Shown: positions 34,294 through 44,849 of the stretch, one piece after another
Numbering within the stretch: the first letter of the stretch is position 1
Layout: each line of letters begins with the position of its first letter
Assembly (NCBI GenBank): GCA_045126855.1
Contig: JBGVPG010000024.1
Span: 47,467-111,466 of the forward strand
Length of the DNA: 64,000 nucleotides
Source: Eubacteriales bacterium
Lineage (GTDB): Bacteria > Bacillota > Clostridia > Oscillospirales > CAG-272
Direction: 5' to 3'
Position numbers and translations under genes: made by a program
Notes under the pieces: model-generated
The model's database searches: none
Told to the model about the DNA's origin: nothing
The model's input: the letters and a program-made list of their open reading frames with translations, nothing else

Positions 34294-35067
34294 TTATATT
34301 ACCGCGCATTTATATTTCAGGCGAAGATTATCGGCAATCATTGCGATAAATTCAGAGTTCGTTGGCTTTCCTCGGCTGTTTTGAATTGTGTATCCGAAGT
34401 AAGAGTTGAGAGTATCGATATCTCCTCTGTCCCAAGCAACCTCAATAGCGTGCCTGATTGCACGTTCAACCCTGGAGGTTGTGGTCTGGTATTTCTTTGC
34501 AACTGTTGGGTAGAGAACCTTGGTCACCGAGTTTATCACATCGTTATCTTCAATAGTCATAAGGATCGCCGTACGAAGATATTGATATCCCTTAATATGA
34601 GCAGGAACTCCGATTTGGTGAATGATCTTTGTAACCTGTGCCTCCATATCCGGCGATGTTGTGATGTCGCTTCTAAGTTGTTTTCTCGACTGAATTCTTA
34701 GAAGTGAATCGATATGTCCCACAAGAGAAGAGTAGTCAAATGGCTTGAGAAGGCACAGGTCAGCGCCTGCCTCGGAAGCTTCAACAAGAATTGATTGTTT
34801 ATTAATAGGGGACAGTAAAATAAATGCTGGTTTTGTTTTAATATTTGAGGAAAGTGTATTGCGTATTATTCCAATACCGTCAACACCCGATAACCATAGA
34901 TCTACGATAACAATACTGTAACCTCCGGAGCCTATCCTTTCCAAGGCACTTTCTCCGTTAGAAACCTCGTCAATGCTATGTAGTCCTGATTTCGATAAAA
35001 AGTCAATAATCCTGCGTCTTTCTTCTGCATTTTCGTCACAAAGTAGTATTTTTGCATTGTTTTCCAT
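34294..35067 (-). CDS. spo0A: sporulation master regulator Spo0A
   Basis: It has a receiver domain. The Spo0A-specific C-terminus reads [19 protein letters not shown]...........[27 protein letters not shown]. Confidence 0.95.
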   Translation of the reverse strand: MENNAKILLCDENAEERRRIIDFLSKSGLHSIDEVSNGESALERIGSGGYSIVIVDLWLSGVDGIGIIRNTLSSNIKTKPAFILLSPINKQSILVEASEAGADLCLLKPFDYSSLVGHIDSLLRIQSRKQLRSDITTSPDMEAQVTKIIHQIGVPAHIKGYQYLRTAILMTIEDNDVINSVTKVLYPTVAKKYQTTTSRVERAIRHAIEVAWDRGDIDTLNSYFGYTIQNSRGKPTNSEFIAMIADNLRLKYKCAVI

Positions 35068-35337
35068 ATTTCTTTCTCCTTATTTTGATGATTTAGTGGT
35101 AAAAAATGGTAAGTTTTGCGAACATCATCATTTTATCACACAATAACAAGAAAATCAAGGTGTAAAAATGCCAAAAAATACCAAAGTTCTTTTGTGCATA
35201 ATATGGTAAATGTTACCAAGTTAGTACTATATACACCTAAATTTGACAAAGGACCATTTTGTTTTACAAATTATGACTATGTTGCAGGGGAGAGACAAAA
35301 AGAATATTATGTATTGAAAAAATATTTAACAAATACC

Positions 35338-35366
35338 TTGAAAATGAATTTATTTGGTGATATAAT
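35338..35366 (+). promoter_or_regulatory. pckG promoter (TTGAAA-17-TATAAT)
   Basis: Reads TTGAAAatgaatttatttggtgaTATAAT, about 43 nt upstream of the ATG. Confidence 0.5.
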
Positions 35367-35408
35367 TTAAATGTAGAAAATTTTGTATTTTCCATAAGGA
35401 GAAAGAGT

Positions 35409-37202
35409 ATGAATACTAACATTACCAAGAATTGTCACGTTAATTCGTGGATAAAGGAAATGGTGAAACTTGTAAAGCCTTCCAACATTGTTCTTATTGA
35501 CGGTTCTCATGAGCAGGCAGAGGAGCTTCGTCGCGAGGCTTGCTCAACAGGTGAGCTGATTAAACTTAATCAGGACGCTCTCCCCGGTTGCTATCTTCAC
35601 AGAACTGCCGTTAATGACGTTGCACGTGTTGAGGACAGAACCTTCATCTGTACTTCTAAGAAGGAGGATGCCGGTAATATCAATAATTGGATGGATCCCA
35701 AGGAGTGCTACGAGAAGCTCTCTAAGCTTTATAATGGATCGTATGAGGGAAGAACTATGTACGTTATTCCTTATTCCATGTCTGTTGTGGGATCTGATTT
35801 TGCAAAATACGGTATTGAGCTAACCGACTCTATATACGTTGTTCTTAATATGCTCATTATGACCCGTGTTGGGCTTAACGTTCTTGATGCGCTTGGCGAT
35901 AGTGCTGATTTCATTAAGGGTCTCCACGCAAGAGCCGATATCGATGCAGAGAAGAGATATATTTGTCATTTCCCTGAGGACAATACAATCTGGTCTGTCA
36001 ATTCCGGATACGGCGGAAACGTTCTTCTTGGTAAGAAGTGTTTTGCTCTTCGTATTGCTTCCTATCTTGGTAGAAAGGAAGGCTGGATGGCAGAGCATAT
36101 GCTTATTCTTGGTGTTGAGTATCCTGACGGTGAGGTTAAGTACATAAGTGCTGCATTCCCCTCTGCTTGCGGTAAGACTAATCTTGCTATGCTTATTCCT
36201 CCTGAGTTCTACAAGAAGAAGGGCTATAAGGTATGGTGTGTTGGTGATGATATTGCTTGGCTTCGTGTAGGCGAGGACGGCAGACTTTGGGCAGTTAACC
36301 CCGAGAACGGCTTCTTCGGCGTTGCTCCCGGCACAAATGAAAAGTCAAACCCCAATGCGCTTCATACCTCTATGAAGAATGCTATTTTTACTAACGTTTG
36401 CCACAATCTTGACGATAATACCGTATGGTGGGAAGGTCTTAATGATAATCCTCCAGTGAACGCTCTTAACTGGAAGGGAGAAAAGTGGGACTACACCAAG
36501 TATGATAAGAGTGATAAGGTGAATACCTCCGGCGCTCATCCCAATTCCAGATTTACTGCGATGGCAGAGAACTGCCCTTGTATTTCCGATAAGTTTGCCG
36601 ATCCTGCCGGTGTTCCCATTTCCGCCATCGTATTTGGTGGAAGACGTGCAAAGACAGCCCCCCTCGTATATCAGTCCACATCCTGGCAGCACGGTAGCTT
36701 CGTGGGTTCCGTTATGGCATCCGAGACTACAGCCGCAGCCGCTGGCGCTGTTGGCGTAGTACGTCGTGACCCCATGGCTATGCGTCCCTTCGTTGGCTAT
36801 GATATGGGCGATTATTGGGCACATTGGCTTAATATGGGCAAGGTAATTAAGAATCCTCCCAAGATCTTCCACGTTAACTGGTTCAGAACCGATGACGAGG
36901 GTCATTTCATCTGGCCCGGATTCGGTGATAATATGAGAGTTCTTATGTGGATCCTCGATCGTTGCGAAGGCAAGGTTGATGCAGTAGAAACAGCTATTGG
37001 ATATCTCCCTCACGCCGAGGATATTAACATCGAAGGTCTTGATATCGACATCGAAACAGTTCGCGGTCTTCTTAGTGTCGATAAGGAGCTCTGGCTTGAC
37101 GATTGCAAGGGTATCCGTGAGTTCTATAAGCAGGTGGGCGATCGTGTTCCTGCGGAAATGTATGAGGAGCTTGAGGCTCTCGAGGCTAGACTTAATAAGT
37201 AA
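35409..37202 (+). CDS. pckG: GTP-dependent phosphoenolpyruvate carboxykinase
   Basis: 597 aa. Contains FPSACGKTNLAM (kinase-1a), WVGDDIAWL and NWFR.D..G.F.WPGFG.N.RVL.W. Confidence 0.9.
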   Translation: MNTNITKNCHVNSWIKEMVKLVKPSNIVLIDGSHEQAEELRREACSTGELIKLNQDALPGCYLHRTAVNDVARVEDRTFICTSKKEDAGNINNWMDPKECYEKLSKLYNGSYEGRTMYVIPYSMSVVGSDFAKYGIELTDSIYVVLNMLIMTRVGLNVLDALGDSADFIKGLHARADIDAEKRYICHFPEDNTIWSVNSGYGGNVLLGKKCFALRIASYLGRKEGWMAEHMLILGVEYPDGEVKYISAAFPSACGKTNLAMLIPPEFYKKKGYKVWCVGDDIAWLRVGEDGRLWAVNPENGFFGVAPGTNEKSNPNALHTSMKNAIFTNVCHNLDDNTVWWEGLNDNPPVNALNWKGEKWDYTKYDKSDKVNTSGAHPNSRFTAMAENCPCISDKFADPAGVPISAIVFGGRRAKTAPLVYQSTSWQHGSFVGSVMASETTAAAAGAVGVVRRDPMAMRPFVGYDMGDYWAHWLNMGKVIKNPPKIFHVNWFRTDDEGHFIWPGFGDNMRVLMWILDRCEGKVDAVETAIGYLPHAEDINIEGLDIDIETVRGLLSVDKELWLDDCKGIREFYKQVGDRVPAEMYEELEALEARLNK

Positions 37203-37271
37203 AAAAACACAATAAAATAGGGCAGTTCGTATTTCGGGCTGCCCGAAACATAAAACCAAGGAGCTATAACC

Positions 37272-39209
37272 ATGAAAAGAATAATAGCGTTAATTCTTCT
37301 CATCGCTACACTCGTTGTTACGACTTTTGCTTCTGTATCTTGTGACTTACTTAAGGATTATTTGGATCAGAGCTTGACTCCTAGTGACGGTGTAATAAAG
37401 CCGGATAAGCCCACGGACGGCAATACAGGCAACAACACAGGCAACAACACAGGCAACAACACAGACAATAAACCTACCTATCCTCCAATAGTTCCCGACT
37501 GTGATAATGATGATCATATTGACGAGGATAATAATGATTATTGCGATCTCTGCAACGAATACGTTGTTGTCGTTATTGATTTTTACGTTTTTAACGACCT
37601 CCACGGCAAGTTCTGTGATACAGATTCTCAGCCCGGCGTAGACGAGTTCGGAAGTTTCATCGAGGATATGAATTCCAAGGACGATAATATAGTTCTTCTT
37701 TCCTCGGGCGATATGTGGCAGGGAAGTGCCGAGTCAACGCTTTCCTTTGGAACTATTTTGGTCGATTGGATGAATCTTCTTGGTTTTGAGGCGATGACTC
37801 TTGGCAATCACGAGTTTGATTGGGGAGAGGATGCAATCAGAGATAATCTTGAAAAAGCCGAGTTCCCATTCCTTGCGATCAACGTTTATGATAATAATAC
37901 CGGAAAGCTTGCTGATTACTGCACGCCTTCCATAATGATCGAACGTGACGGTGTTCAGATTGGAATTATCGGTGCTATTGGAGATTGCTACTCATCAATT
38001 TCGTCTGATATGGTATCAAATGTGCACTTCAAGGTGGGAAGTCAGCTTACCGCTCTCGTTAAGGCCGAGTCTCAGAAGCTTCGTGACGCCGGCGCTGACC
38101 TTATAGTATACTCCTTACACGACGGTACCGAGGGCTATGATTCCGCTCTTTCCAACGGATACGTTGATATAGTATTTGAGGGACATACACACAGCAGTTA
38201 TACCAAAAAGGACTCCTACGGTGTATATCACGTACAGGGCGGCGGAGAAAACAAGGGCATTTCCCATGCTGAGATCGCTGTAAATCCTGCAAGTCATAAC
38301 AATAATGTTACACAGTGCAGAGTTATCAGTAGTTATACATATTCTGATTATGAGGATCATCCCGAGACAGAGGCGCTCGAGGACAAGTACTCAGATCTTA
38401 TAGAATATGCATACGCCGATCTTGGAATAGTTTCAAAGAACTATAGCGATAGCGAGATTGAAGATTTCGTTGCACAGCTCTATCTCGAGGCAGGAATTGA
38501 GAGATGGGGAGAAGAATACGACGTAATCCTTGGTGGCGGTTTCTTACGAACAAGAACGCCTTACGACCTTTCCTCGGGTGTTAAGAGATACGCAGACCTT
38601 TTATCCCTCTTCCCGTTCAATAACAAGCTTGCCCTTTGCTCAATTCAGGGCAGATATCTAAAGAGTAAGTTTATCAATTCCACCAGCAATGACTATCACG
38701 TGGCCATCAGCAAAAATGCTAATGTACAGAATATATCTGATAATGGCATTTACTACGTTGTTGTGGATACCTATACGGCGCTCTATGGACCTAACAGACT
38801 CACTATTGTAGACTTTTATGACGAGACAACCTATGCAAGAGACCTTCTCGCAGATGCTATTGTTGCAGGTAGGCTGGAAACAAAGCACGAGGCTTTCTCC
38901 TTAACTAGCATAAAGGATGTACTTGATGTTGGAAGTAAACTATCCGTAGGTCAAAGCAGCAGCCAGTACTTCTATGTAAAGGGTGTAATAAAGGACGTTC
39001 CAACCGAGCCTTATGGCAATTTTTATCTTGTTGATGAATATGGAAACGAGATATACGTATATGGATTAAATGATTCCTTAGGCAACAAATATGGATATAT
39101 TCCCAATAAGCCTGTGCAGGGAGACACAATTATAGTGTGTTCCACGGTATATAGATACACCGACAGTGTTATTGAGCTTAAAGCAGCATTGCTTGTTAGC
39201 GTTGAATAA
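37272..39209 (+). CDS. lipoprotein 5'-nucleotidase / metallophosphoesterase with a C-terminal OB-like domain
   Basis: The lipobox is ASVSC. Contains NDLHG, GDMWQGS, GNHEFD and EGHTH. The N-terminal linker has TGNNTGNNTGNNT. Confidence 0.75.
   Translation: MKRIIALILLIATLVVTTFASVSCDLLKDYLDQSLTPSDGVIKPDKPTDGNTGNNTGNNTGNNTDNKPTYPPIVPDCDNDDHIDEDNNDYCDLCNEYVVVVIDFYVFNDLHGKFCDTDSQPGVDEFGSFIEDMNSKDDNIVLLSSGDMWQGSAESTLSFGTILVDWMNLLGFEAMTLGNHEFDWGEDAIRDNLEKAEFPFLAINVYDNNTGKLADYCTPSIMIERDGVQIGIIGAIGDCYSSISSDMVSNVHFKVGSQLTALVKAESQKLRDAGADLIVYSLHDGTEGYDSALSNGYVDIVFEGHTHSSYTKKDSYGVYHVQGGGENKGISHAEIAVNPASHNNNVTQCRVISSYTYSDYEDHPETEALEDKYSDLIEYAYADLGIVSKNYSDSEIEDFVAQLYLEAGIERWGEEYDVILGGGFLRTRTPYDLSSGVKRYADLLSLFPFNNKLALCSIQGRYLKSKFINSTSNDYHVAISKNANVQNISDNGIYYVVVDTYTALYGPNRLTIVDFYDETTYARDLLADAIVAGRLETKHEAFSLTSIKDVLDVGSKLSVGQSSSQYFYVKGVIKDVPTEPYGNFYLVDEYGNEIYVYGLNDSLGNKYGYIPNKPVQGDTIIVCSTVYRYTDSVIELKAALLVSVE
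37419..37463 (+). repeat. in-frame tandem repeat: 3 perfect copies of ggcaacaacaca plus a degenerate unit, encoding (GNNT)n
   Basis: Units lie at 37428-37439, 37440-37451 and 37452-37463, inside the lipoprotein linker. Confidence 0.9.
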
Positions 39210-39220
39210 ATAAAATATCA

Positions 39221-39248
39221 GGGCTATCTCAGATGAGATAGCCCTTTT
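39221..39248. terminator. bidirectional terminator between the nucleotidase gene and the ylbJ-like gene
   Basis: Hairpin GGGCTATCTC(agat)GAGATAGCCC followed by TTTT. Confidence 0.8.
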
Positions 39249-40174
39249 CATATGGTGATTAGTGATAATATTGAACAGATCAATCCTTGTGTGGCTTTCA
39301 TGACAAGATACCTTGCACGTGAGCACTCTTTTGGCAATATAGAGAAAGCTTGCAGGTGAACGGAGAGGCCGGAAAAGCCAATGGCAAAGCCTATGAATAA
39401 TTTCTTTAACATAAATGATATATCAGATGCATAAAGTATGTATTTTGAGGCAGTAGAGATCTCGAGCAGGGATGAAATCAAAGCGGAAAGTATCTGGGAA
39501 TTGATCATCGACTTAACAGAGGAAAATACAGCGGAAAAGAAAACAATATACGAGGAAATTATAATAGATGACATACCTGCATTTTTTATGGAAACAACCA
39601 AATCAAAGCTCTGCCTCGGTTTATATGGCAAATTGTTCGATTTTTGATCGTCTGATCTAAATAGTATACCACAGAAAATAGCAGATGCTATACAGCAGAG
39701 ATATAACCTGATACCAACGCCGGTCGACCCAAACAGTCCCAGCCCGACACCCGATACGATGAAAGCTAGGGATGGGTTGTTACAGAAGCCTGATAAAAAA
39801 GTCAATTGATCTGCACTTATCTCATCTCTTTCGTATATACTGCGAGCAATTTTTACACCCAAAGGGAAACCGCATATGGCACCACATAGAAATGCAATAA
39901 TGCCATTCGGTGATATATGAAAGATCTTTTTGAACATACGGGAAACCAATGAGTCATTGTTGACTGTGAAATAGGCTGTCCACAAATCTGATAAAATTAA
40001 AAACGGAAATATTGTTGGAATGATTATTTGAAAGGATTGATTAAGTCCCTCTATTACACCTTGCTTAAGTTCATAACTTCTGTATAGCATAAAAAAGCAT
40101 ATGATTATGCAACAGAAAGAAGGATAAGAAATATTTATTGACCTTGCTTTTGTCAGCGTTTTTTCCACAGTCAT
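39248..40174 (-). CDS. nucleoside-recognition (Gate) domain membrane protein, YlbJ-like sporulation protein
   Basis: A polytopic membrane protein of about 308 aa. Its position diverges from yqfC. The ATG at 40174 has RBS GGAG, and the ORF is open to the TTG at 40189. Confidence 0.45.
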   Translation of the reverse strand: MTVEKTLTKARSINISYPSFCCIIICFFMLYRSYELKQGVIEGLNQSFQIIIPTIFPFLILSDLWTAYFTVNNDSLVSRMFKKIFHISPNGIIAFLCGAICGFPLGVKIARSIYERDEISADQLTFLSGFCNNPSLAFIVSGVGLGLFGSTGVGIRLYLCCIASAIFCGILFRSDDQKSNNLPYKPRQSFDLVVSIKNAGMSSIIISSYIVFFSAVFSSVKSMINSQILSALISSLLEISTASKYILYASDISFMLKKLFIGFAIGFSGLSVHLQAFSILPKECSRARYLVMKATQGLICSILSLITI

Positions 40175-40233
40175 TTTTTTATTCTCCAAGCATACATTTT
40201 ATTAATGAATTTTATGAACGGAGATATGAGGTT

Positions 40234-40494
40234 ATGACAAAGAAAACGGTAGGAAATAAAGCAGTTCCACCTTCCTTTAGTATGGAGGCGACAAAAAGGA
40301 ATAATCAGATCGTTATCAAACTTTCAGGCGTAATAAGTATAGTCGAATATAATTGCGAAATTGCGGTGCTGAAAACCCACGGAGGAAGTATAAGAGTAAC
40401 GGGATCTAAAATAAGTGTCATGTCTCTTGATAATAACTATGTTGAAATATTGGGCAGAGTGGAGGGAATAGGCTTTGATTATTCTAAGACCTGA
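40234..40494 (+). CDS. yqfC: sporulation protein YqfC (YabP/YqfC family)
   Basis: 86 aa. Contains V.EY....I.......I.V.G..I.......YVEI.G.V..I. It is followed by yqfD and phoH, as in B. subtilis. Confidence 0.8.
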   Translation: MTKKTVGNKAVPPSFSMEATKRNNQIVIKLSGVISIVEYNCEIAVLKTHGGSIRVTGSKISVMSLDNNYVEILGRVEGIGFDYSKT

Positions 40495-41653
40495 TTATCT
40501 TATATTCGGTTATCGGTTGGTTACTATTGATGAAAATAAAATAGCAACGGCTATGTCAATTTTGCTTCGGAAAGGCATTCCTTGGGTAATCAAATCGGGA
40601 GGTGTAATAGCCGTAAAGGAAAGAGATGTTCAAAAAATTGCAAATATATTTTCAGGCAGAATTGATTTTAACCTATCAGAACCTTTGGGATTGTACGGCA
40701 AATGGAAATGCGTTAAAAATAAGGGTGCCGTCTTGCTTGGAGTTCTATTATCTGTTATTATTATGCTTCTGTCTTCCCAAATCGTTTGGGACGTCAGGGT
40801 GGATGGAAATGAAAATCTGGCTGATGCTGAAATAACTCACAGGCTTTCAGACGTCGGTTTATCGATTGGCGATTTTTGGAAAACAAAAGACCTTTCTAGA
40901 GTGGAAAATCTTTTTCTTTCAAAATACAATGATGTTGCCTGGATGAATATTAACAGGCGCGGAACTGTTATCTACGTCAAAATAAGTGAAAACGAAAATG
41001 AATACCAGAAGAATGATGAAAGCATAATACAGTTTTCAAATATTCTCTCGAAACGCGATGCTGTGATAGAGGAAATACACCTAATATCAGGTAGCACAGT
41101 TGTTAAGCAAGGGGATACCGTTAAGGCAGGCGATCCTCTTATAATAGGGGCGTTAAGCAATTCCGCTAATGCAAGATTTTGCAGAGCTCAGGGAACAATT
41201 AAGGGAAGGGTCTCTGATACTGTTAGCGTGAGTGTGGAAAGAGAATATGAAAAGAAAAGCATTAAGGGGCAAAGAATTGTTTCGATAAAAATAAAAGTCT
41301 TTAATTTTTTAGTAAATATTTTCAAAACATATGGAAATTTGGCAGACAACTGTGATATAATAGAAAATGAAAAGGAATATTCTCTCGTTCGAGGAGCAAA
41401 ACTCCCTGTATCGGTTGTTTTGGAATATACGCCAATATACGAAACCGAGAAGGTGACGCTAACGGATGAAGAAATGGTTGCTATCGCATCGGACAGAATT
41501 CGGTTGGCGACAATAATTCGAGTTGCTGAAGCAGATCTTGTTCGCATTTCCACAAAGGGGCAATTCACCGATACGGGCTATACAATGTCAAATGATATTA
41601 TCTACGTTGTAGATATTGGAAGCGAGAGAGCCTTTGATATAACATATCAGTAG
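40475..41653 (+). CDS. yqfD: sporulation protein YqfD
   Basis: 392 aa with a central TM helix. The start overlaps the end of yqfC. The yqfC-yqfD-phoH-ybeY-era-recO synteny is conserved. Confidence 0.8.
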   Translation: MIILRPDYLIFGYRLVTIDENKIATAMSILLRKGIPWVIKSGGVIAVKERDVQKIANIFSGRIDFNLSEPLGLYGKWKCVKNKGAVLLGVLLSVIIMLLSSQIVWDVRVDGNENLADAEITHRLSDVGLSIGDFWKTKDLSRVENLFLSKYNDVAWMNINRRGTVIYVKISENENEYQKNDESIIQFSNILSKRDAVIEEIHLISGSTVVKQGDTVKAGDPLIIGALSNSANARFCRAQGTIKGRVSDTVSVSVEREYEKKSIKGQRIVSIKIKVFNFLVNIFKTYGNLADNCDIIENEKEYSLVRGAKLPVSVVLEYTPIYETEKVTLTDEEMVAIASDRIRLATIIRVAEADLVRISTKGQFTDTGYTMSNDIIYVVDIGSERAFDITYQ

Positions 41654-41664
41654 GAGAACAGTAA

Positions 41665-42669
41665 GTGACCGAGAAAATCGTAATGACAAATTCAAGCGCT
41701 GCAACTGCATCGATTTTCGGCGCATTTGATGCTAACGCCAGAAAGATTGAGCGTGCATTTGACGTGCGCATTTCAAACAGAAACGTACAGACCGAGGACG
41801 GTGATGCTATTCTTATCAGCGGAGAAGCCGAAAATACCGAGAAAGCAAGAAGAACTCTTGAATATCTGAAGCATATGAGCGGTGACGGAGAGACCATTAG
41901 CGAGCAAAGTGTGGAATACGTTATTTCGCTAGTCAGTGATAACTGCAATGACAGTCTTGAAACTCTTGGCAGTGACGTTATATGCGTAACGAACCGCGGC
42001 AAGCCGATAAAGGCAAAGACTCTTGGTCAGAAACGATACGTTGAAATTATAAAAAATAATACCATTGTATTGGGATTGGGCCCGGCCGGAACGGGTAAGA
42101 CATTCCTTGCGGTTGCTATGGCTGTTGAAGCCCTTAGAAATAAGAGCGTTAACAGAATTATTCTGACAAGACCTGCTGTTGAAGCAGGCGAGCATCTCGG
42201 CTTCTTACCGGGCGATCTGCAAAGTAAGATTGATCCTTACCTTCGTCCGCTGTACGATGCGCTCTTTGAAATGCTTGGAGCGGAGAATTATCAGCGACAC
42301 ATGGAGAGAGGCACGATAGAAATAGCTCCCCTGGCATATATGAGAGGAAGAACTCTTGACGATTCCTTCATCATTCTTGACGAGGCGCAGAACACAACGC
42401 CTGAGCAAATGAAGATGTTCCTGACCAGAATTGGTTACAATACCAAGGCGGTCGTTACGGGAGACCTCTCACAGACCGATTTACCTATGGGTAAGAAGAG
42501 TGGTCTTGGAATTGCCGCTAGGATTCTAGGTAACATTGAAGGTATTGGAATATTTGAGTTCTCCGAGCGTGACGTTGTGAGACATCATCTTGTCAAGAAA
42601 ATCATCAGCGCATACGAGAATTATGAGAAAAATCAGTCAAAACATAAGGACGAAAAAAGAAAGGGATAA
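41665..42669 (+). CDS. phoH: PhoH-family ATPase
   Basis: Walker A motif GPAGTGKTFLA and FIILDEAQN. GTG start with RBS AGGAGAA. Confidence 0.9.
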   Translation: MTEKIVMTNSSAATASIFGAFDANARKIERAFDVRISNRNVQTEDGDAILISGEAENTEKARRTLEYLKHMSGDGETISEQSVEYVISLVSDNCNDSLETLGSDVICVTNRGKPIKAKTLGQKRYVEIIKNNTIVLGLGPAGTGKTFLAVAMAVEALRNKSVNRIILTRPAVEAGEHLGFLPGDLQSKIDPYLRPLYDALFEMLGAENYQRHMERGTIEIAPLAYMRGRTLDDSFIILDEAQNTTPEQMKMFLTRIGYNTKAVVTGDLSQTDLPMGKKSGLGIAARILGNIEGIGIFEFSERDVVRHHLVKKIISAYENYEKNQSKHKDEKRKG

Positions 42670-42674
42670 ATACT

Positions 42675-43157
42675 ATGCTTGGTAACAGACTTTTTATAAG
42701 CTTCACAGCAACGGACAAATTTGAGGAATGCGATTACGAATTAAAGCTTGCCGTAAGACGAGCTATTGAGGCGACTCTTGACTATGAGGATTTCATTTTT
42801 GGTGCAGAGGTTTCGGTTACCTTCTGTGATAATGAATACATCAAAAAATTGAACAATGAATACAGAAATAAGGACAGCGCTACAGACGTGCTCTCCTTCC
42901 CGATGTTCGATCTCGAAGGTGAGGAGGAGCCTCCACTCAACCCCGACGGTAGTTTGACTCTTGGAGATATTGTTATTTCCGTAGAAAGAGCAAGAGAGCA
43001 GGCGAAGGAAGTGGGAAATTCTACCGTTCGAGAGATTTGCTTCCTTGCCGTGCATTCGACCCTTCATCTTCTCGGCTACGATCACGAAAGAAGCCAGGAC
43101 GATGACGAGGCACAGTGCCTTGCGCAGAGAGAAATAATGGACAAAGTTAAGTTTTAA
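42675..43157 (+). CDS. ybeY: rRNA maturation endoribonuclease YbeY
   Basis: The zinc motif is HSTLHLLGYDH. Confidence 0.9.
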   Translation: MLGNRLFISFTATDKFEECDYELKLAVRRAIEATLDYEDFIFGAEVSVTFCDNEYIKKLNNEYRNKDSATDVLSFPMFDLEGEEEPPLNPDGSLTLGDIVISVERAREQAKEVGNSTVREICFLAVHSTLHLLGYDHERSQDDDEAQCLAQREIMDKVKF

Positions 43158-43168
43158 GAGGAAATAAA

Positions 43169-44056
43169 ATGAAAAAGACAGCGTTTATAGCAATTGTTGG
43201 ACGTCCTAACGTTGGAAAATCCACTCTTTTGAATTCCATTCTTGGTGAGAAGGTGGCTATCGTTTCTAAGAAGCCCCAGACCACAAGAAACCGTATTACA
43301 GGTATACATACAGTTGGGGAGAATCAGTTTGTTTTCCTTGACACTCCAGGTATTCACAAGCCCAGAACAAAGCTTGGTGATTACATGGTAAAAACCACCG
43401 CACAGACTATTGCAGGCGTTGATACCGCTATCCTTGTGGTTGAGGCGAGAGAGGCGGTTGGTGACATTGAGGCTAAGGTTATCGAGCGCTTCAAATCCGA
43501 GGGGATTCGTGCAATTCTTTGTATAAACAAGATTGACACCGTTCGTCCCGAGAACATTGCCAAGACTATTGCGGCTTATGCCGAAGCATTTGATTTTGAG
43601 GCTGTTGTTCCTATTGCCGCAAAAGGAGGCAAGGGCGTTGATACAGTAGTTATGGAATGCGAGAAATTCCTTCGCGAAAGCGATTGGTTCTTCCCGGATG
43701 ACATTGTAACCGATCAGCCCGAAAGACAGGTTGCCGCAGAGATTATTCGTGAGAAGCTTCTTAAGATGCTGGAGGAAGAGATTCCCCACGGCACGGCAGT
43801 TACTATCGAGGAATGGCGTGAGGAGGGCAACCTTGTCTCTATCCGCGCCGAGATCTACTGTGAGAAGGCATCGCACAAGGGAATAATTATTGGCAAGGGT
43901 GGATCTCTTATCAAGAAGATCGGCTCATACGCCAGACAGGATATTGAGAAGATGCTTGATTCCAAGGTTTACCTTGACTTGTACGTAAGAGTTAAGGAAA
44001 ACTGGAGAGATTCAGGCTTCAATATTTCCGACTTCGGCTTCAAGGAAGAGGAATAA
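43169..44056 (+). CDS. era: GTPase Era
   Basis: G1 is GRPNVGKST and G3 is DTPG. Also has NKID and a C-terminal KH domain. Confidence 0.95.
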   Translation: MKKTAFIAIVGRPNVGKSTLLNSILGEKVAIVSKKPQTTRNRITGIHTVGENQFVFLDTPGIHKPRTKLGDYMVKTTAQTIAGVDTAILVVEAREAVGDIEAKVIERFKSEGIRAILCINKIDTVRPENIAKTIAAYAEAFDFEAVVPIAAKGGKGVDTVVMECEKFLRESDWFFPDDIVTDQPERQVAAEIIREKLLKMLEEEIPHGTAVTIEEWREEGNLVSIRAEIYCEKASHKGIIIGKGGSLIKKIGSYARQDIEKMLDSKVYLDLYVRVKENWRDSGFNISDFGFKEEE

Positions 44057-44832
44057 TGACCGAGGAGGTACGCGGATTAGTAATCCGCACCGTTGACATA
44101 AAGGAAACCGATAGACTCGTCGTTATTTTTACAGAGGAGCACGGAGCAATTACAGCCCTTGCCAGAGGTGCCAGATCGTTAAAAAGCAGGAAGCTTGCAG
44201 CGACGATGCAGTTCTGCTACGGAAAATACGTGCTGTATAAGCAAGGGGACAAGCTTTGGATAAAAGAGGCGGAGCTTATTGAGAACTTCTTTGATATACG
44301 CCAGTCTATTGAGGGACTTGCGTTGGCAAATTACATTTGCGAGGTGCTTTCTGACGTAACCGTTGAGGAGGCTGAAGAGGATCTTCTCAGATTGTCCTTG
44401 AACTCCCTTTACGCTATATCTAAGGGACTTCATTCGATTGAGAAGATCAAAGCAGTTTTTGAGATACGTGCCGTTTCTATTCTTGGATTTATGCCAAACG
44501 TTCTGGCTTGTTATGAGTGCGAGTCTAAGGAAGGTGACTTTTTCTTTGACATTATGGGTGGCGTTATCGAATGTCGCACATGTCACGAGAAAAAGTCTAT
44601 TAGTCACATCGAGCACGCCGATCCTCATGAAACGCATATTTTATGCATTTTGTCAGAAGGGGCAAAGATTGCTCTTGGATATGCTATATATGCACCGATT
44701 GAAAGAGCGTTTTCTTTCAAGATTTCCAATGAGGATATGCGCCTGTTTTCTCGTGCAACCGAGGAATACATCCTTAACCAAATGGGACACGGCTACAAAT
44801 CTCTTGATTTTTATAAAAGTCTTATACGCTGA
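44056..44832 (+). CDS. recO: DNA repair protein RecO
   Basis: An OB N-domain is followed by the zinc motif C..C...............C..C. The position after era supports the call. Confidence 0.85.
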   Translation: MTEEVRGLVIRTVDIKETDRLVVIFTEEHGAITALARGARSLKSRKLAATMQFCYGKYVLYKQGDKLWIKEAELIENFFDIRQSIEGLALANYICEVLSDVTVEEAEEDLLRLSLNSLYAISKGLHSIEKIKAVFEIRAVSILGFMPNVLACYECESKEGDFFFDIMGGVIECRTCHEKKSISHIEHADPHETHILCILSEGAKIALGYAIYAPIERAFSFKISNEDMRLFSRATEEYILNQMGHGYKSLDFYKSLIR

Positions 44833-44849
44833 AAATTTTGGAGACTAAA

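Noticed and set aside
35068-35140. Possible Spo0A boxes (TGTCGAA-like) upstream of spo0A.
   Set aside because: Only 1-2-mismatch half-sites are present (TTCGCAA and TGTCAAA). This is not distinguishable from chance in AT-rich DNA.
35116-35370. An 84-aa ORF in the spo0A-pckG intergenic region.
   Set aside because: It is AT-rich with a non-ATG start and no RBS. It overlaps the pckG promoter and has no recognisable motif.
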